Shown: one piece after another, positions 50,837-63,533 of the stretch
Position numbering within the stretch: position 1 is the stretch's first letter
How the letters are laid out: the number at the start of each line of letters is the position of its first letter
Assembly (NCBI GenBank): GCA_051294905.1
Contig: CM119371.1
Location: forward strand, 5,644,001 to 5,708,000
Reading direction: 5' to 3'
DNA length: 64,000 bases
Origin: Botryllus schlosseri
Lineage: Eukaryota
The notes under the pieces: model-generated
Seen by the model: only the letters and a program-made list of their open reading frames with translations
What the model was told of the DNA's origin: nothing
The model's database searches: none
Program-made: the position numbers and the translations under genes

Positions 50837-53800
50837 TTATCCTCTGTCCCATTGTCGTCTGGTTTGTGTCTGGAGGTCTTCTCGTATATGCTCGATCTTG
50901 GTATTCGCGTCATTTTCATATTCGTCCGTGATGTCGAGGGTCTTCTTCCATCTCCACACATTCATCTTCATATTTGCGAAGGTTGTGATTACGATTTTCT
51001 TGTGCTGGCCCACATATGTGTTGTGGAGGATGTCGACGGTGGATACGTTTATGTCGGTTCTCAGCTTTTCTTCTAGATCGGCTCTGACACTGTAAAAGAG
51101 TTTTCTATAAGTTGGGCATATCGTAAAAATATGGTGCATAGTGTCTCGATCTTTTCGACAGAATTTGCAGTTGTTTTTGAGTGCTTGCCCATTTCTCCAT
51201 GTCCATCCGGCCTGGTCTTTTTTTGCTCCTGTAAAATAGGCTTCGGTATTTATTCTGTATGATGTTACCCTCTGCTGGTTTGTGATATGGTGTCTGATAT
51301 CTTCTTCATGTAGCCATATTTCTTTCCAGTTCGGGATCTCGTGGTCGCCATGTTTCGTTTTGATCTTGATTAGCGCGGCGTAGATATCTTTTTGGTTCAA
51401 TTCTCGAGCTGGTGTGTCGTCGTTCTGTAGCAGCTCATATATCCTCTTTTCTTCCGTCCAGTTCTTAGTTGGTGAATATCTGTGTGGGAAGGAGTTGCTG
51501 TAGAGGTTATTATTTATTGTTCTCACCTTGGTTCCAAGATTATAGATAGCTTCTGCATGCCATATCTCGGTTGGCGAGGTGGTGTTCGCTATTTCTTGGA
51601 GGCGTTTGACATTCCTGGCTTGTATTGTAGTGATTACGTCAGGGAATCCGATTCCACCATGCTCTTTCGGCTTAATGAGAGTGTTTCTCGATTTCGATTC
51701 GATCTTTTCTGGGGACCATAGTATGTCATATATGATTCGTTCAAGTGCTTTTCCTTGCTTCTTGGTAATCTGAATATTGTAATATACATATGTTATATTG
51801 GTCATTAGATATGATTTGATTGCCTGCGTTTTTCCTATCCAGGATAGTTTTATGGACTTGATATAGGCCGCATGTTTCTTCATATCCTTGATGAGATTGT
51901 CGTGGTTCGATTCCCTTGCATCATCTCCATAATATATCCCCAGGATTTTGATTGTCTGTTTGGCAAAGTGTGCGTGCCTGGAGTCTCGTAGGCGAGTTTG
52001 TGATGTTGGGTTGAGCGCTAGGATTTCGGTCTTTTCGGTATTTATGTCTTGTCCTGTGATTCTATAGAGAATTGAGAACTCATTAAAGGCTTCTGTTATC
52101 GATTCGATGTTGCTGAGGTATAACGTGATGTCGTCCGCGAATTGGTCTATTTTGTGCCTTATATTACCTATGCGGATGCCACTTATTTGGTCGTTTTGAT
52201 CTATTTTACGAGCCAATGGGTCGGCGCTAATCGCGTAGAGCGTCATGCTGAGGGGACACCCTTGTCGGATGGCCCTCGTATATGGAATGGTCGCTGCTTC
52301 GTAGCCATTGATTTCAATTGTGGCTGTTGGTTCTTTGTATATTGCGCGAATCGCGTTTATAGTCTGGGGTTGGACTGGGAGTCGTTCTAGGATATTTAAT
52401 AACATGCGATGATCTACCTTGTCAAAAGCTTTGCTGGCGTCTATCGTCATGATATATCCTTGTATCGGTTTATCTTCATGGTATCGTAGGGCGGCATTGA
52501 TGTTGTTCAGGACTGCTTCCATTTTTCTTCCTGGTATTCCGGCTTTTTGAGATTTGTTGATCGAGTCCTGGATTTCTTGAGTTAATCTGTGATTTAGGAT
52601 TTTTGTCATTATTTTATAATCTATGTTGAGCAGAGATATTGGTCTCCAATTTTTCAGTTTGTGCTTCTCTTTTCCCTTGTGAATTAATATGACTTTTGCT
52701 CCATTCCAGCTTTTGGGTATTTTTCCAAATAGTATGGCGTTATTTATTATCTGAGTTAGTGTTGTACGCACCGTCTTCCATGTTGTGAGATAAAACTCTA
52801 CCGTGAGACCGTCTGGTCCTGGTGATTTTCCTCTTTTCATTGTTTTGAGTGCCTGCAGGATTTCTTCACTTTGTACGGGTGGTTGCCGTTCGTTCGATTT
52901 TTGCTGTGTTGTGCCGTGCTCGTAGGATGCCAGGTAATCTTCTTGATTGGCTTGATTGCTTTCTCTATGACTCGCCCATAAGTCTAGGTAGAAAGATTGT
53001 ATCTCGTTAGCGATTTTTTGTTTATCCGCTGTTATTGAACCGTCTTCAAGCTGTAGCTTTTTCATCTCAGTTTGCTTTCTTCGCTTTTGGAATTGGGACC
53101 AGAAAGTTCTTTGCTGGTTCCTTTCTCCTTCAAAAATATCGCATCTCGTTAACATTTTGAGTTTACCATTTAGTTTTTGGTATTTGGTATTCTCGTCACA
53201 GTTCTTATTTTTATCAATTTCGTACCTTTTGCTTATGTTCGCTATTTTTGCTTTTAGCGTGTCCCACCACTCTTGGAGCGACTCGTATTTCTCTATCGTG
53301 GCCTCTTCTGTGTCGACAAGATTGGCTATGATGTCTTTATACGTTTCATCACGCAGCAGGTTATTGTTGCATTTCCAATTCCTTTTATGCCATCGGGTAG
53401 TGGGATTTATCTCTATTCCCATTGTGGGGCTTATATGGTCAGCGACAAAATTATTTTCGTGACCTGCAAAGGTGACGTCATCTAAGAGTTCTCTTGATAT
53501 ATATACTCTATCGAGTCTTGTCGAGTTATAGGTGGTTACGTGGGTATACGTTTGCTTCTTTGGGTATTTGTGCCTAAATATGTCGATCATATGGGTTTCT
53601 TCTATGATCTTTCTTAGTATATTTGTCCCAGTTCTGTTTTTAAAGTTTCTTTTATCTTTGATATCTTTTTCGTCTAGTACAACGTTAAAGTCTCCTCCCA
53701 TAATAATGGGTATATCGATTTCATTGATATGTCGACTCAGTTCAGTCAGGAAGTTGACTTTTTTATGACGGGCTTCTGTTCCTAGCCCGGATGGGGCGTA

Positions 53801-54124
53801 TATGTTGATTATTGCTATGGGGCATTGATCTAGTTGGACGTATAGGCATTGAGCTCGATTTTCTATAATGTTTACATTTGAAAGTATTTGACCTTGCCAG
53901 TCCGATCTCGCTAGTATCGCGGTGCCGTCGTATTGTCTTCTCTTGGTCTTTGAGTTGACGAAGATCGTATATCTCATTTTTTCTGCCCAGGTGCTTAGTT
54001 TGTTATAATCCACTCTGTGAGTTTCTTGCACTAGCATAAAGTCCATTTTCGAGTCATTTATGTACTGTTCAATATCCTCGAGTCTTCCTGACATCCCATT
54101 AACGTTGATACTGACAATTTTCAT
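50837..54124 (-). CDS. LINE ORF2: AP endonuclease + reverse transcriptase + C-terminal CCHC
   Basis: SINVNG, LVQETH, NIYAP, GGDFN, RLDRVY, ADH; GKSPGPDG, NWRPISLLN, KAFDKV, IRQGCPLS, FADD; CKFC..HIFTIC. Confidence 0.95.
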   Translation of the reverse strand: MKIVSINVNGMSGRLEDIEQYINDSKMDFMLVQETHRVDYNKLSTWAEKMRYTIFVNSKTKRRQYDGTAILARSDWQGQILSNVNIIENRAQCLYVQLDQCPIAIINIYAPSGLGTEARHKKVNFLTELSRHINEIDIPIIMGGDFNVVLDEKDIKDKRNFKNRTGTNILRKIIEETHMIDIFRHKYPKKQTYTHVTTYNSTRLDRVYISRELLDDVTFAGHENNFVADHISPTMGIEINPTTRWHKRNWKCNNNLLRDETYKDIIANLVDTEEATIEKYESLQEWWDTLKAKIANISKRYEIDKNKNCDENTKYQKLNGKLKMLTRCDIFEGERNQQRTFWSQFQKRRKQTEMKKLQLEDGSITADKQKIANEIQSFYLDLWASHRESNQANQEDYLASYEHGTTQQKSNERQPPVQSEEILQALKTMKRGKSPGPDGLTVEFYLTTWKTVRTTLTQIINNAILFGKIPKSWNGAKVILIHKGKEKHKLKNWRPISLLNIDYKIMTKILNHRLTQEIQDSINKSQKAGIPGRKMEAVLNNINAALRYHEDKPIQGYIMTIDASKAFDKVDHRMLLNILERLPVQPQTINAIRAIYKEPTATIEINGYEAATIPYTRAIRQGCPLSMTLYAISADPLARKIDQNDQISGIRIGNIRHKIDQFADDITLYLSNIESITEAFNEFSILYRITGQDINTEKTEILALNPTSQTRLRDSRHAHFAKQTIKILGIYYGDDARESNHDNLIKDMKKHAAYIKSIKLSWIGKTQAIKSYLMTNITYVYYNIQITKKQGKALERIIYDILWSPEKIESKSRNTLIKPKEHGGIGFPDVITTIQARNVKRLQEIANTTSPTEIWHAEAIYNLGTKVRTINNNLYSNSFPHRYSPTKNWTEEKRIYELLQNDDTPARELNQKDIYAALIKIKTKHGDHEIPNWKEIWLHEEDIRHHITNQQRVTSYRINTEAYFTGAKKDQAGWTWRNGQALKNNCKFCRKDRDTMHHIFTICPTYRKLFYSVRADLEEKLRTDINVSTVDILHNTYVGQHKKIVITTFANMKMNVWRWKKTLDITDEYENDANTKIEHIREDLQTQTRRQWDRG

Positions 54125-54274
54125 GGTTATTGGATGTTATAGCTCAGTGTCTCGTCGGAGCCTGTCGACTCTTCAGATTCACTGTGTACCTTCTTTGCTT
54201 TGGTTTGTTTACTTATTTCATCGCTGCTGGTTGAGGCACTTGGTCTTTTCGGTGTTCCGCTAGACATCAGCGAG

Positions 54275-55324
54275 TCATTCATTGGTGTCTTTCTTGTCTT
54301 CGTTGGGTGGTGATGTCGGTGCTTCCGGCACAAATTTTGGTTTAGTTGCTGTTTTCATTACTATCCGATGTCTCATTGGTATTGGTGGTGGTTGTTGCTT
54401 CTGGCTTTTGTTTTTCTTTGCCGTTGCATTCCACCAGTCCTCATTTCTGTTTTCTTTCCTTTGCTGTACTGTTTCTTCTGGGATTTCTGGGCGGCTTACT
54501 GCGTCTAGCCTGTCCCGCTGGCTTTCCGCAGCCGTGTTGCGTAGGTTATGATCTTGTCTGTTAGGCTGCGGTGCTTCTTTTTGTATATTCAGTTCGGTAC
54601 AGACTGCTGTATCGTGGCCCTTTGCTTTGCACGTTTTGCAGTACGGCTCGGCGGGGGTTGGGCATTCTCCAATTAGATGATTAGTTGATTTGCAGCGGTA
54701 GCATTTCTTCGCGTAGGCCTCTTCTGCCGTTTTTATGTGGCACGTATATCCGTCTACGATCAGGTACGATGGTAGCTTTTCTTTGTTAAACTCTTCAACC
54801 CACAGGTTGGTATACCCGTTGTATATATTGGTATTTCTTCGGTAGACCCTTGTCATATTTACTATTTTGCCGAAGTCGTAGCTATTGACTGTGTTTTCTA
54901 ACGTTGCCTTTGTTGTTTCGGCCGGAACGCCACGTAGTATCAAGTGTGTGGCCGGAAGCCTTGGTAGTTCTATCGTTATAGTTTCAAAATGCTTGGCTTC
55001 TGGATTCTTTTTCAGCTCATTGTGTATCATATCTGTTATGTTTCTTCCTACATCGTCGTTCCAGAAAGTTGCGACCCATACACCTTTTCTAATTTGGTAT
55101 AACATTTCCAAGTATTTTTCGTATTCTGCTGTGATTTTGCTGTATTTCAGCTCGTCGTGGACTGTATCCCAGTCCATTTCTTCAGGCCCTTTCAAGAATA
55201 AAGATCTTGGCCTTGTATGCTGGTAAACTCTGTCTTTAGGTGGCACTCTGCCTGCTACAGATGTGTAATCCCCATTATTTCCTGGTATTATATCCATAAT
55301 ATTCGTTATATCTGTGGTTCGCAT
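54275..55324 (-). CDS. LINE ORF1 gag-like protein with two CCHC zinc knuckles
   Basis: CYRCKSTNHLIGEC and CKTCKAKGHDTAVC; lies directly upstream of ORF2. Confidence 0.9.
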   Translation of the reverse strand: MRTTDITNIMDIIPGNNGDYTSVAGRVPPKDRVYQHTRPRSLFLKGPEEMDWDTVHDELKYSKITAEYEKYLEMLYQIRKGVWVATFWNDDVGRNITDMIHNELKKNPEAKHFETITIELPRLPATHLILRGVPAETTKATLENTVNSYDFGKIVNMTRVYRRNTNIYNGYTNLWVEEFNKEKLPSYLIVDGYTCHIKTAEEAYAKKCYRCKSTNHLIGECPTPAEPYCKTCKAKGHDTAVCTELNIQKEAPQPNRQDHNLRNTAAESQRDRLDAVSRPEIPEETVQQRKENRNEDWWNATAKKNKSQKQQPPPIPMRHRIVMKTATKPKFVPEAPTSPPNEDKKDTNE

Positions 55325-56602
55325 TGTGCATATACGCAGTTCAGCTATAATCCGATAGCAGTGGGCTACGCCCTTTTAGCTCAACTCAGGATGCAAAGCC
55401 TCGCTGTCTCCCGCACGTGCGCGTAATCAGACACGTCCGCCGACTGTGCTACTCGGCAATGGTTGAAGCGGTGGTTCTGCAGGGATTCTACTTGAAAAAT
55501 TTCGAAAACCTAATGGAATAAATTTATTCATATATATGACTGGTGATAATAGTATTTACGGTGAGCAGGGATATGGGTTGGGACCATGAAATTTTTATGT
55601 AATGCATATTTCACGGTGGAATAACTGTGAAATTTAAAATCAAGCTTTTTATCAACCATACTCCTTGAAAGCACATTTCACAAGAATTTTTTTCGTGTAG
55701 GCCGTATCCTACAGACATTTTCAAGCCCGTCCCCCCATTTTTTTTTCATCCGTAACTTTTTTTATTGAATTCCTTGGCCCCAGAATTGGTTAATTGGTTC
55801 TCTACCATCATTTGAGCGAAAAATATCGATTTCAATGATTTTTGAAAGTAGTGCCACCTAGTGACGAGAGGATTTTAAGTCGCAATATCTTTTGAACCGC
55901 TGAACATTTTTCATTTTTTTTTAATAAACTTGGAATTCAAAAAAGAACAACATTTGTAAATATTGGACAATTCTGAGGGTATGCATTACAGCCCCTGTTG
56001 AATTATAATGGAATTAGCCAAAAGTGAGAGCGCTGCAGCAGCATGACCACAACAATTACCAATTACGCCCAGCGATTATTCAGAAAAATGCCGATTCCCA
56101 GACTTTCACGACTATTTTGGGATGGTACCATCGCCTGGAAATATACTTGTATTGCGGAATCAGTGCGACACTAGCTTTTGATTAGGACCATACATATCAA
56201 ATTTCGACGCTTGGATCGCCAGCTATGGGACTATCAATTCTGCTGCTTTTAGCCGGCTCAGCAGTTCGCTTCTCGGCGTATTCAATCGTGACTCACGTGT
56301 TGCGAATCCATCCGTTTATTAGTAATCTAAAAATTGTATACAATGGCTGCCGAGGCCAGCATAGCGGTAAAAATAAAAAAACTTCGCCCGCAAGGGCTCA
56401 GTCAAGGGCTTCCGCTAATGGATCCACCAAATTCCTTGTCGACATTTAAAGAGAATGCAAAATTTTTGTCAAACTACAATTACAATTACACAAAATAAAA
56501 ATGCTTCAATTACATTACAATTACATTGAAAAATGTAATAATTACAAATTACAATTGATCCAACTCTGGTCACCAGTACCGATGGACGCAGGCACAGTGA
56601 TT

Positions 56603-56911
56603 CAGTGACGTGCGGTCCAATGAGGCAGGTGAGGCAGTGCCTCGCCTGTCGTCTGGATGAGTAAGTGAAAATTGTGAAACCCCTCCATGCATCGATGATT
56701 ATATCGATTACACATCAATGTTCATAAATAACTAAATTATAACATTTTTTTCACTAGACATCAATTTGCATATTTATTATTCAAAAATACAGCGCGAAAG
56801 GAGAGGTGAGGCACACTGCAACATTGCAATTCCTCATAAATAGCTCGGAATTCTTAATAACTGGATTCAATGAAATGCCTCACCAGCCGTGAACCTCACC
56901 GCACGTCACTG
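56603..56911. mobile_element. hAT-type MITE
   Basis: TIR CAGTGACGTGCGGT / ACCGCACGTCACTG; TSD CAGTGATT/GAGTGATT. Confidence 0.85.
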
Positions 56912-57386
56912 GAGTGATTCCAGTACCGTACTCGAATGTAGCATTAATTGTGATAATTCAAGTTGAGTATTTAAAGATGATTTTTTCAAGTACGATAATG
57001 TAATCATACACTCATTGATGCAATACTATGAGTTGTAATATTCCTGCCATACATCAATAATTGAAGTTGTTGGAAGTAAAGCAATCAGTTATTATGAGCT
57101 GAATTTCCCTTTTTAAAATCCAAACACTTCCTTATCCTGTTTCTATCTAATTAGGAAGGTTATTACTATTTGAAAATTAGGTTAGTATTTTTCATGTTGC
57201 CAACACAACGCCCGTAAAAATGGTATGTTGAAATGCAAATGAATTCAAAGCGAGACTTACAAACGACTACTCACGAGATACTGGGTAATAGCCTATGTTT
57301 ATTAGCTCTACATCAGACTTGGATAACTAGATAATCCTAGTTGTATTATTAGACTAAATAGAAGAAAATAGTACGGTGGTCATATA

Positions 57387-58958
57387 CCGTATTTTTCCAT
57401 GTATAATACGCAAAATTGTCCCAAATGTTTGGCCTAGAATCGGGGGTGCGTATTATGCATGGGTACAACAAGCCTTGAAAAAAATCTCCCTCGAAACATA
57501 ACTTGAAATCACCAATCGCGCAACACATTCAGACATCATGCCCCGTAATTAGTATTATCAGTGTTACACGCTGCCAATTGGCGAGAAGCGTGTTGCCAAT
57601 TATCGTCTGCGCTGTTCCGCTGTACAAATGTAAGCGATCTCCTGGTGAGTTGGTTGCCGTTTGTTTTTCACTCGCGTCAATTCAATCGAAGGTGACTCCA
57701 GTCAAGTCACTCGTTTTTTGGAGGTGACTCTAGTCAAATCACAAGTCAAGTCAAATTGCATTTTCAAAGTGTGAGTGATGATGTAAAGTCATTACATTTT
57801 GATGACTGCGTGAATGATAGATTAATTGACCAAAATGACCATTTATCTTGTGAATCGAATAACGAATATAAAGTTAACTATACATACAAACAGGCGTTGC
57901 ATCGCTCACCACATGCAGAACTGCTAAAAAATATGTACGCTACATGCTATAAAGTTTGTTAGTATCAGCCAAAACAGAGGATCGATTACGAAGCTTCGAG
58001 ATGTTGAAACAAATTAATATAGTACATTATTATGCATGGGTACTGCAAGCCTTGAAAAAAAATCTCCCTCGATCAAAAACTTGAAATCACACTGCAACTG
58101 AAAACGTACTACGACCTCAACGCAAGTTTGGTTTTTATTAACTAAATGAAGACTCAAGCAACTAAACGCGATACATAAAAACACTCAATATATAGGTAGG
58201 GCAAGATGCGGGTAACCAACACAAATGCGGGTAATCAACGCAAATGATAAGATCACGAAGGGACAATAATCACCACACACAGAGAGGGAGAGAATCTTTT
58301 TTTTTTTCATTCATCATCGCAAAATAACAAAACCGGCAACAAAATAGCATAAACTTCAGATTCACGGACACATACAAAAAAATGGTTACTATGTCAATTT
58401 CAAAGCAAATGAGATGTGTACGAATACGATTTACAGTTCATAGGATTGGCCAATATGTTTTACAATTGCAAGATGAAGCTGCAGCGAAGTGATCTGTTGA
58501 TCATCGAGTCGTGCCCCGTAATTCCTATTATAGAGTGTAACACACTGCCAAATAGAGAAGCGTGTTGCCAATTAACGAAAAGCGTGTTGCCAATTAACGA
58601 GAGTCGGCAGAGCACGCGATCTCTTGCTGAGTTAGTTTGCCGTTTGTACGCGAGCGAGATTATGTCGTTGATTGATACAAGCGTGTGAGGCAATCCTTGC
58701 TGATTCATCGCGTCAACGACAGCCCTTAACAATCGCATACACAAGTGCAAGATATAATCGCTTGTGGAATCATCGCATCTCTACCAGGACTGGTGCGCCC
58801 GACATAACCGTTAGCCTGAGCAATCGCATCTGTAATTGTAATAGGCCTAGTGCGCAAGATGTCGTGTGTCGCTAGTCTGAACTATTGCTTCGGCTACTAT
58901 CTACTCTTGTTACGAGACACTGCCGTTAATTGTATTATGATTAGCGATGGATGGTTAT
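57387..58958. mobile_element. Cluster of pogo-like and family A MITE fragments
   Basis: TA|CCGTATTTTTCCATGTATAAT start; segments match 37281-38120 and 36996-40130. Confidence 0.65.
58093..58470 (-). mobile_element. Possible solo LTR
   Basis: TG..CA ends with imperfect inverted TGCAACTGAAAAC / GTTTTACAATTGCA, AATAAA on - strand; no TSD. Confidence 0.3.
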
Positions 58959-59097
58959 TGTAATGTATCTGTCTTCAGCCGAGACCCTAACATGCAGACA
59001 AGTGATATTGAGCGAAAGTCCTTTATTACTCGCATGACGTTAACTTAAATACGAACGAGAACACAAGACACCTATTATTAGGACTACGTATATCACA
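58959..59097 (-). repeat. 3' LTR of Gypsy element (139 bp)
   Basis: TG...CA with imperfect inverted ends, AATAAA on - strand, directly preceded by polypurine tract GAAAAGGGA (59098-59106). Confidence 0.8.
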
Positions 59098-59238
59098 TCC
59101 CTTTTCACCCAAGATGCTTAAATTACGTAGTCCTCCAAGTATTTAGGTTTTCTTCGGATACGCTCTGATCTTCGTGGTATGTGTTGCGGTGTAGTGGGCA
59201 TACTGGTTGCCTCATCAGCAACCACGGAGGCAGCTACG

Positions 59239-62005
59239 TCATTGAAGCATGACGGTTGTGGTCCTCTCGGGTATAGTCCTTTCCACAACCGGTTCCACCT
59301 TCAGTTCCACATCAGTTACAAGTTTCCGCAGGTGTCTCCGGTTTCTTTTTATAAGCATGCCGGATTCAAGTCGGATGAGGTATCTTCTTTCGTCATAGAA
59401 ACATTTCAAGATCCATCCGCTTCTGTCCCATTTTCTTGTGATCGCATTCTGAATAGATACATAGTCACCAACATGCATTTTAGGTAAATACTCAACTCTC
59501 TGATTATAGTATCTATCAGACGTTTGCTTTCGCTTGGCGGCTTCCCTGTCAACACGAAGTTTCTCGTCGTGCCAACTGCGCATGAGCGATCGTTTGTGAC
59601 AAGGTATTGCATCCTGTACAGAGTGACCATACAGCATCATTGCGGGGGACAATCCTGTGCTTTTGTGAGGCGTATTCTTCCATTGTAGAACACCTTTGGT
59701 CCATTCATCAGTCGCCTTAAATGGGAATTTTGCATTAGGTTTCCAACACTTACGTAGCAAGTTTTTCGCCCATTTCACAGCGGACTCTACTATGGAGTTA
59801 CCTTGCGGATACCATGGTGACGGACGAGACCATTTCACTTTCCACCTTTGAAAAAAATCAATCAACTCCTTCGATCCAAATGGAGGACCGCCATCACTCC
59901 AAAAGTAATCACAAACCGCGCCATTAATGAACCACACTCGTAAGTATCTAATCACTGTGGTGGCATCTGGGTTTGTAACAGGGCCTTTCATTTCGAATAG
60001 GCCAGAGTACCAATCAACAATTACCAGGAACTTCGCATTATTTAGATCGAACCAATTGGCAGAGATAAATTCGAATGCGTAATTTGGTATTGGGAGATGC
60101 TTAATTGGCTCGTTAGGATGGCTTGGACGATCTTTCATGCATAGTTGACATGTCTTACATGACATCTCAATTTCATTATTCATATTTGGCCAATACACGA
60201 TGAGTCTGGTTCGGGCTTTTGAACTTTCAATGCCTCTATGGCCCGCATGGAGGTCCTTCAGGATGCCCTTTCACATCGCTTTGGGAATCATCAATCTGAC
60301 TCCTCTCATCACGAAGCCATCGTCACTAACCTGTAATTCCTGCCGTACATTCCAGTATGGGCTAAGAATTTCGTTCAGTTTTTATTTCTCTTCTGGAAAC
60401 CCGTTGGTTACCTGGTTTTTCAGCAACTGATATTCCAAATCTTCGTTGGCTGACCGGCGAACATCTTCCAACCTGAGAGAATAATCTGCTTCCTCAGCGT
60501 TTGCGTGGCGAATCGTACTCACATAAAATTTGCCGAAGTCATTACTCTGTTCGTCGTCTTCGTCAGGAGCGTCTACTTGGTTTCTCGAAAACGCGTCAGC
60601 AGCTTTGTTCTGGGCTCCTGGTATATATTCAACTGTGAAATTGAAATCCATCAATTTAATCAGTGATCTGAGAATTCTTACATTCTCGACTTCATCGAGT
60701 CGCTTCCTATTGCATATGGCAACAAGAGGTCTGTGGTCAATGAAGACCTTAAATTCTGTGCCCGCCAAAAATGTTTTACACTTTCTCGTAGCGTACACAA
60801 CAGCAAAAAGTTCTAATTCGATTGGTGCATAACGTGTCTCAGCGTCCTGCAATGACCGTGATCCTGTCTGGATTACCTTCCACGTGCCATCTTTCTGCTT
60901 CTGTTTCAAATGGAAACCAATTCCATTTTTCAAGCTTTCATCCGTATATAGATGTAGAGGAGAACCGGGCGTGTAGTACGCAATTACCTGTTCGCTTACC
61001 AGCATGTCTTTGGCTTTCTGAAATGCAGCTTTGTGCAAATCATTCATTTCAAACTTATCACTCTTTTTGAGCAACGGTCGCAGCAGTTCCATTGCTGTCG
61101 CCAAGTCTCGGTTGAACGGCGCTAATTTGTTGGCCATACCTTGAAATGATTTTAGGTCAGTTAATGATTCGGGTGTCTTAAATTCGCGAATGGCCTTTAA
61201 GATCTTGTTTTGAATTCTGTAGCCATCCCCATTCAATACTACCCCTGCAAAGAAAATATCACTTAGCACAAGTTTGCACTTCTCTTTATTCAAACAAATT
61301 CCGCTCTCCCTACATCTCTGCAGGAAAGCGCGCACGAGCGAAACATGCGATTTCAAATCGTCTCCCAAATAAATGAGATTATCATCAAACAACCTTAACG
61401 TGATTACGCAAGCCATTCAATTCCTCAGTCATCCTTCGATTGAAGTGCTCACTAATCGAGTTTATTCCATACGGAGCTCTCTCGCAGCGGAAACGCCCAA
61501 ATGGTGTAATGAAAGTCGTCAGATTCTTACTTGATTCACCCAGTTGTATCTGGTGGTATCCTTTCCACGCGTCAAAAACACTGAAGATCTTTCCTGATAT
61601 CTGGTGAACGGTTTCCAAAACACTTGGAGACGAGTAAATCTCTCTGCGGCAAAATTTGTTCAGGTGGCGAAAATCAACACATAATCTCACCTTTCCACTG
61701 AACTTTCCATTGGCGTCCTTCTTCGGCTCCACTACGATCGGGTTGACCCACTCGGTCGGTTCTGTAACTGGTGATATTACACCTTCCAGCAGCAAATCCA
61801 ATTCCTTTCGCAAAGGATCTTTGAATGCTAGCGGAACATTCCTTGCTGTCCTTACGCAACATGGTACAGCGTCGTTAGTCAGGTTAATTTTAAATTTCTC
61901 ACCTTTCAAAGGTTGCTTTGAATCGAACACATCTTGGAATTCGTCCAATAGCTTCATCCTCTCAACTTCTATCGTTGGTAGCGGATTCGTTTGTGGGGTC
62001 ATACG
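59239..62005 (-). pseudogene. Ty3/Gypsy pol (RT-RNaseH-integrase), frameshifted
   Basis: EWVNPIVV, VRLCVDFRHLNK, DAWKGYHQI, TTFITPFGRF, frameshift at VVDD; RNaseH RYAPIELE, DHRPL, ADAFSR; integrase YWP, SDGGPPF, SPWYPQGN; RT-RH-IN order. Confidence 0.92.
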
Positions 62006-63525
62006 CAATGTTCCCTTTAAGCTGCGCACGTGCGCAAATGCGCAGTGCTGAAACGGTCTCTGCGCACAGAAAATCTTCGCTGCGCACAAAAAATCACAAA
62101 TGATGTTTTTTTTATAGTTGTTGCGCACTGTTTTCCAATGGACCACGCAGGCGTGCAGATTCGTGAAAATTAAGATAGAACATTGCGTGGGCCAAATAGT
62201 GTTATCACTGAAGTATGAAACCGAGGTACAGGTGCGCCCCTCAAAGATAACTATTGTGCTCTGTGAAAAAATTAGAGTTCACAATCACCAGCGCCTCACG
62301 GAAGATATTTTTTAGTATGCCCACGTACACGTGAGCGATACTGATATCATTTCAATAGCGCATTAATTTCTGGGAATTGTGAAATAACATGGTTTAACAA
62401 AGTTATAAAAAACAATGGGCGTGCTCGAAGTTAATCTGCGACAAACTAATGAATGATAGTCTTCTTCGCATGGCATGAACATTGCGTAAGATTTACTCAG
62501 GACCGTAACTTTCGCACCCCAAACCCCCCAATTGGAGGGATCGAGCTCGAAGGGGGTCCAAAATTTTTTCGAGAATTAACATTAATCATGGTGTATTTTT
62601 TGAAATTTTTCATGAATTTTTTTTCGCGCTACGCGCGTTTTTTTTATTGTAAGATATCTGATTATTAGGTACCATTTCCCCACAAAAATTAGGCATGATT
62701 TATAGAAATGGGAGTTGGGCGTCGGCCCTTACCGCACATTGACGCGCCAAGGCATATGAAGTAAAAGGCTATGTAACATGCGAATCCGACAAGTGCGCCA
62801 GAACGATCAGCTGTGAGAAAACCTTGGGCGTAAAAGACTGCCCCGGTGCTGACCAAAAACTTCGATACATACAAATATATGTTTAATTGTCCATGTCCAT
62901 GGGCGCCTAAATGGCTGGCGGCAAATGTTCCTGTCCTGGCGATCCGAGTTCCACAAGAAAAATGCCATATTGAGCGTACATTATTTTCCAGTCAAGAAAT
63001 ACCAATTTGAAATCGTGTACGTCTTTTACTTTCGTACGTTTTGGTGATTTCAATATCTTTTAACATAGCAGATAGCAGATAGTGGGTCACGAAATATCAT
63101 CATGTAACGAAGCCATTATATCAACAGGTACGCCCGAAGATGTTTTATTATTATTTAGAGGGCCTATCTATTCCAACACACCTCACTGGATCAGCTCTAC
63201 CGGTAAATCTGATTATGTGAGCAGGGAGAGGATAAAAATTGATAGCAATATATATGCAATTTCCGATCACATTGGCCGATGCAATCATGAATTATAGAAA
63301 TTTTTTCGCGCTTCGCGCGTTTAGGGACGCCACTACTAAATGGGCAACCAATGTACACAATAAGTACCGGAAGAAGCCTAGAGCCGAAGAGGGGTCTGTG
63401 GGGCCAAGCCCCCCAGTAGTTGAATGTATCACCCTATTGGAGGGTGGTTGCGCACTGTTGTCCGAGGGCCTGCGCAGTGAGTTATCGTGTTTGCGTAGAC
63501 TCTTGAAAAATTAGAGGGAACATTG
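62006..63525. mobile_element. hAT non-autonomous element inserted into Gypsy pol
   Basis: CAATGTTCCCTTTAA / TTAGAGGGAACATTG; TSD GTCATACG/GTCATAAG; related end inverted at ~24440-24540. Confidence 0.85.
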
Positions 63526-63533
63526 GTCATAAG

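Larger units (their letters stand above)
50620..55465 (-). mobile_element. L1/Tx1-clade non-LTR retrotransposon, apparently full length (boundaries approximate)
   Basis: Intact ORF1 and ORF2; GGACGTG promoter-like motif near 55435; AATAAATAAA at ~50625 on - strand. Confidence 0.88.

Noticed and set aside
55852..55864. CTCF-like GCCACCTAGTG motif
   Set aside because: Single motif within probable transposon remnant; no supporting evidence
62006..62146. N-terminus of ORF 61385-62146
   Set aside because: Derived from the inserted hAT element, not Gypsy pol
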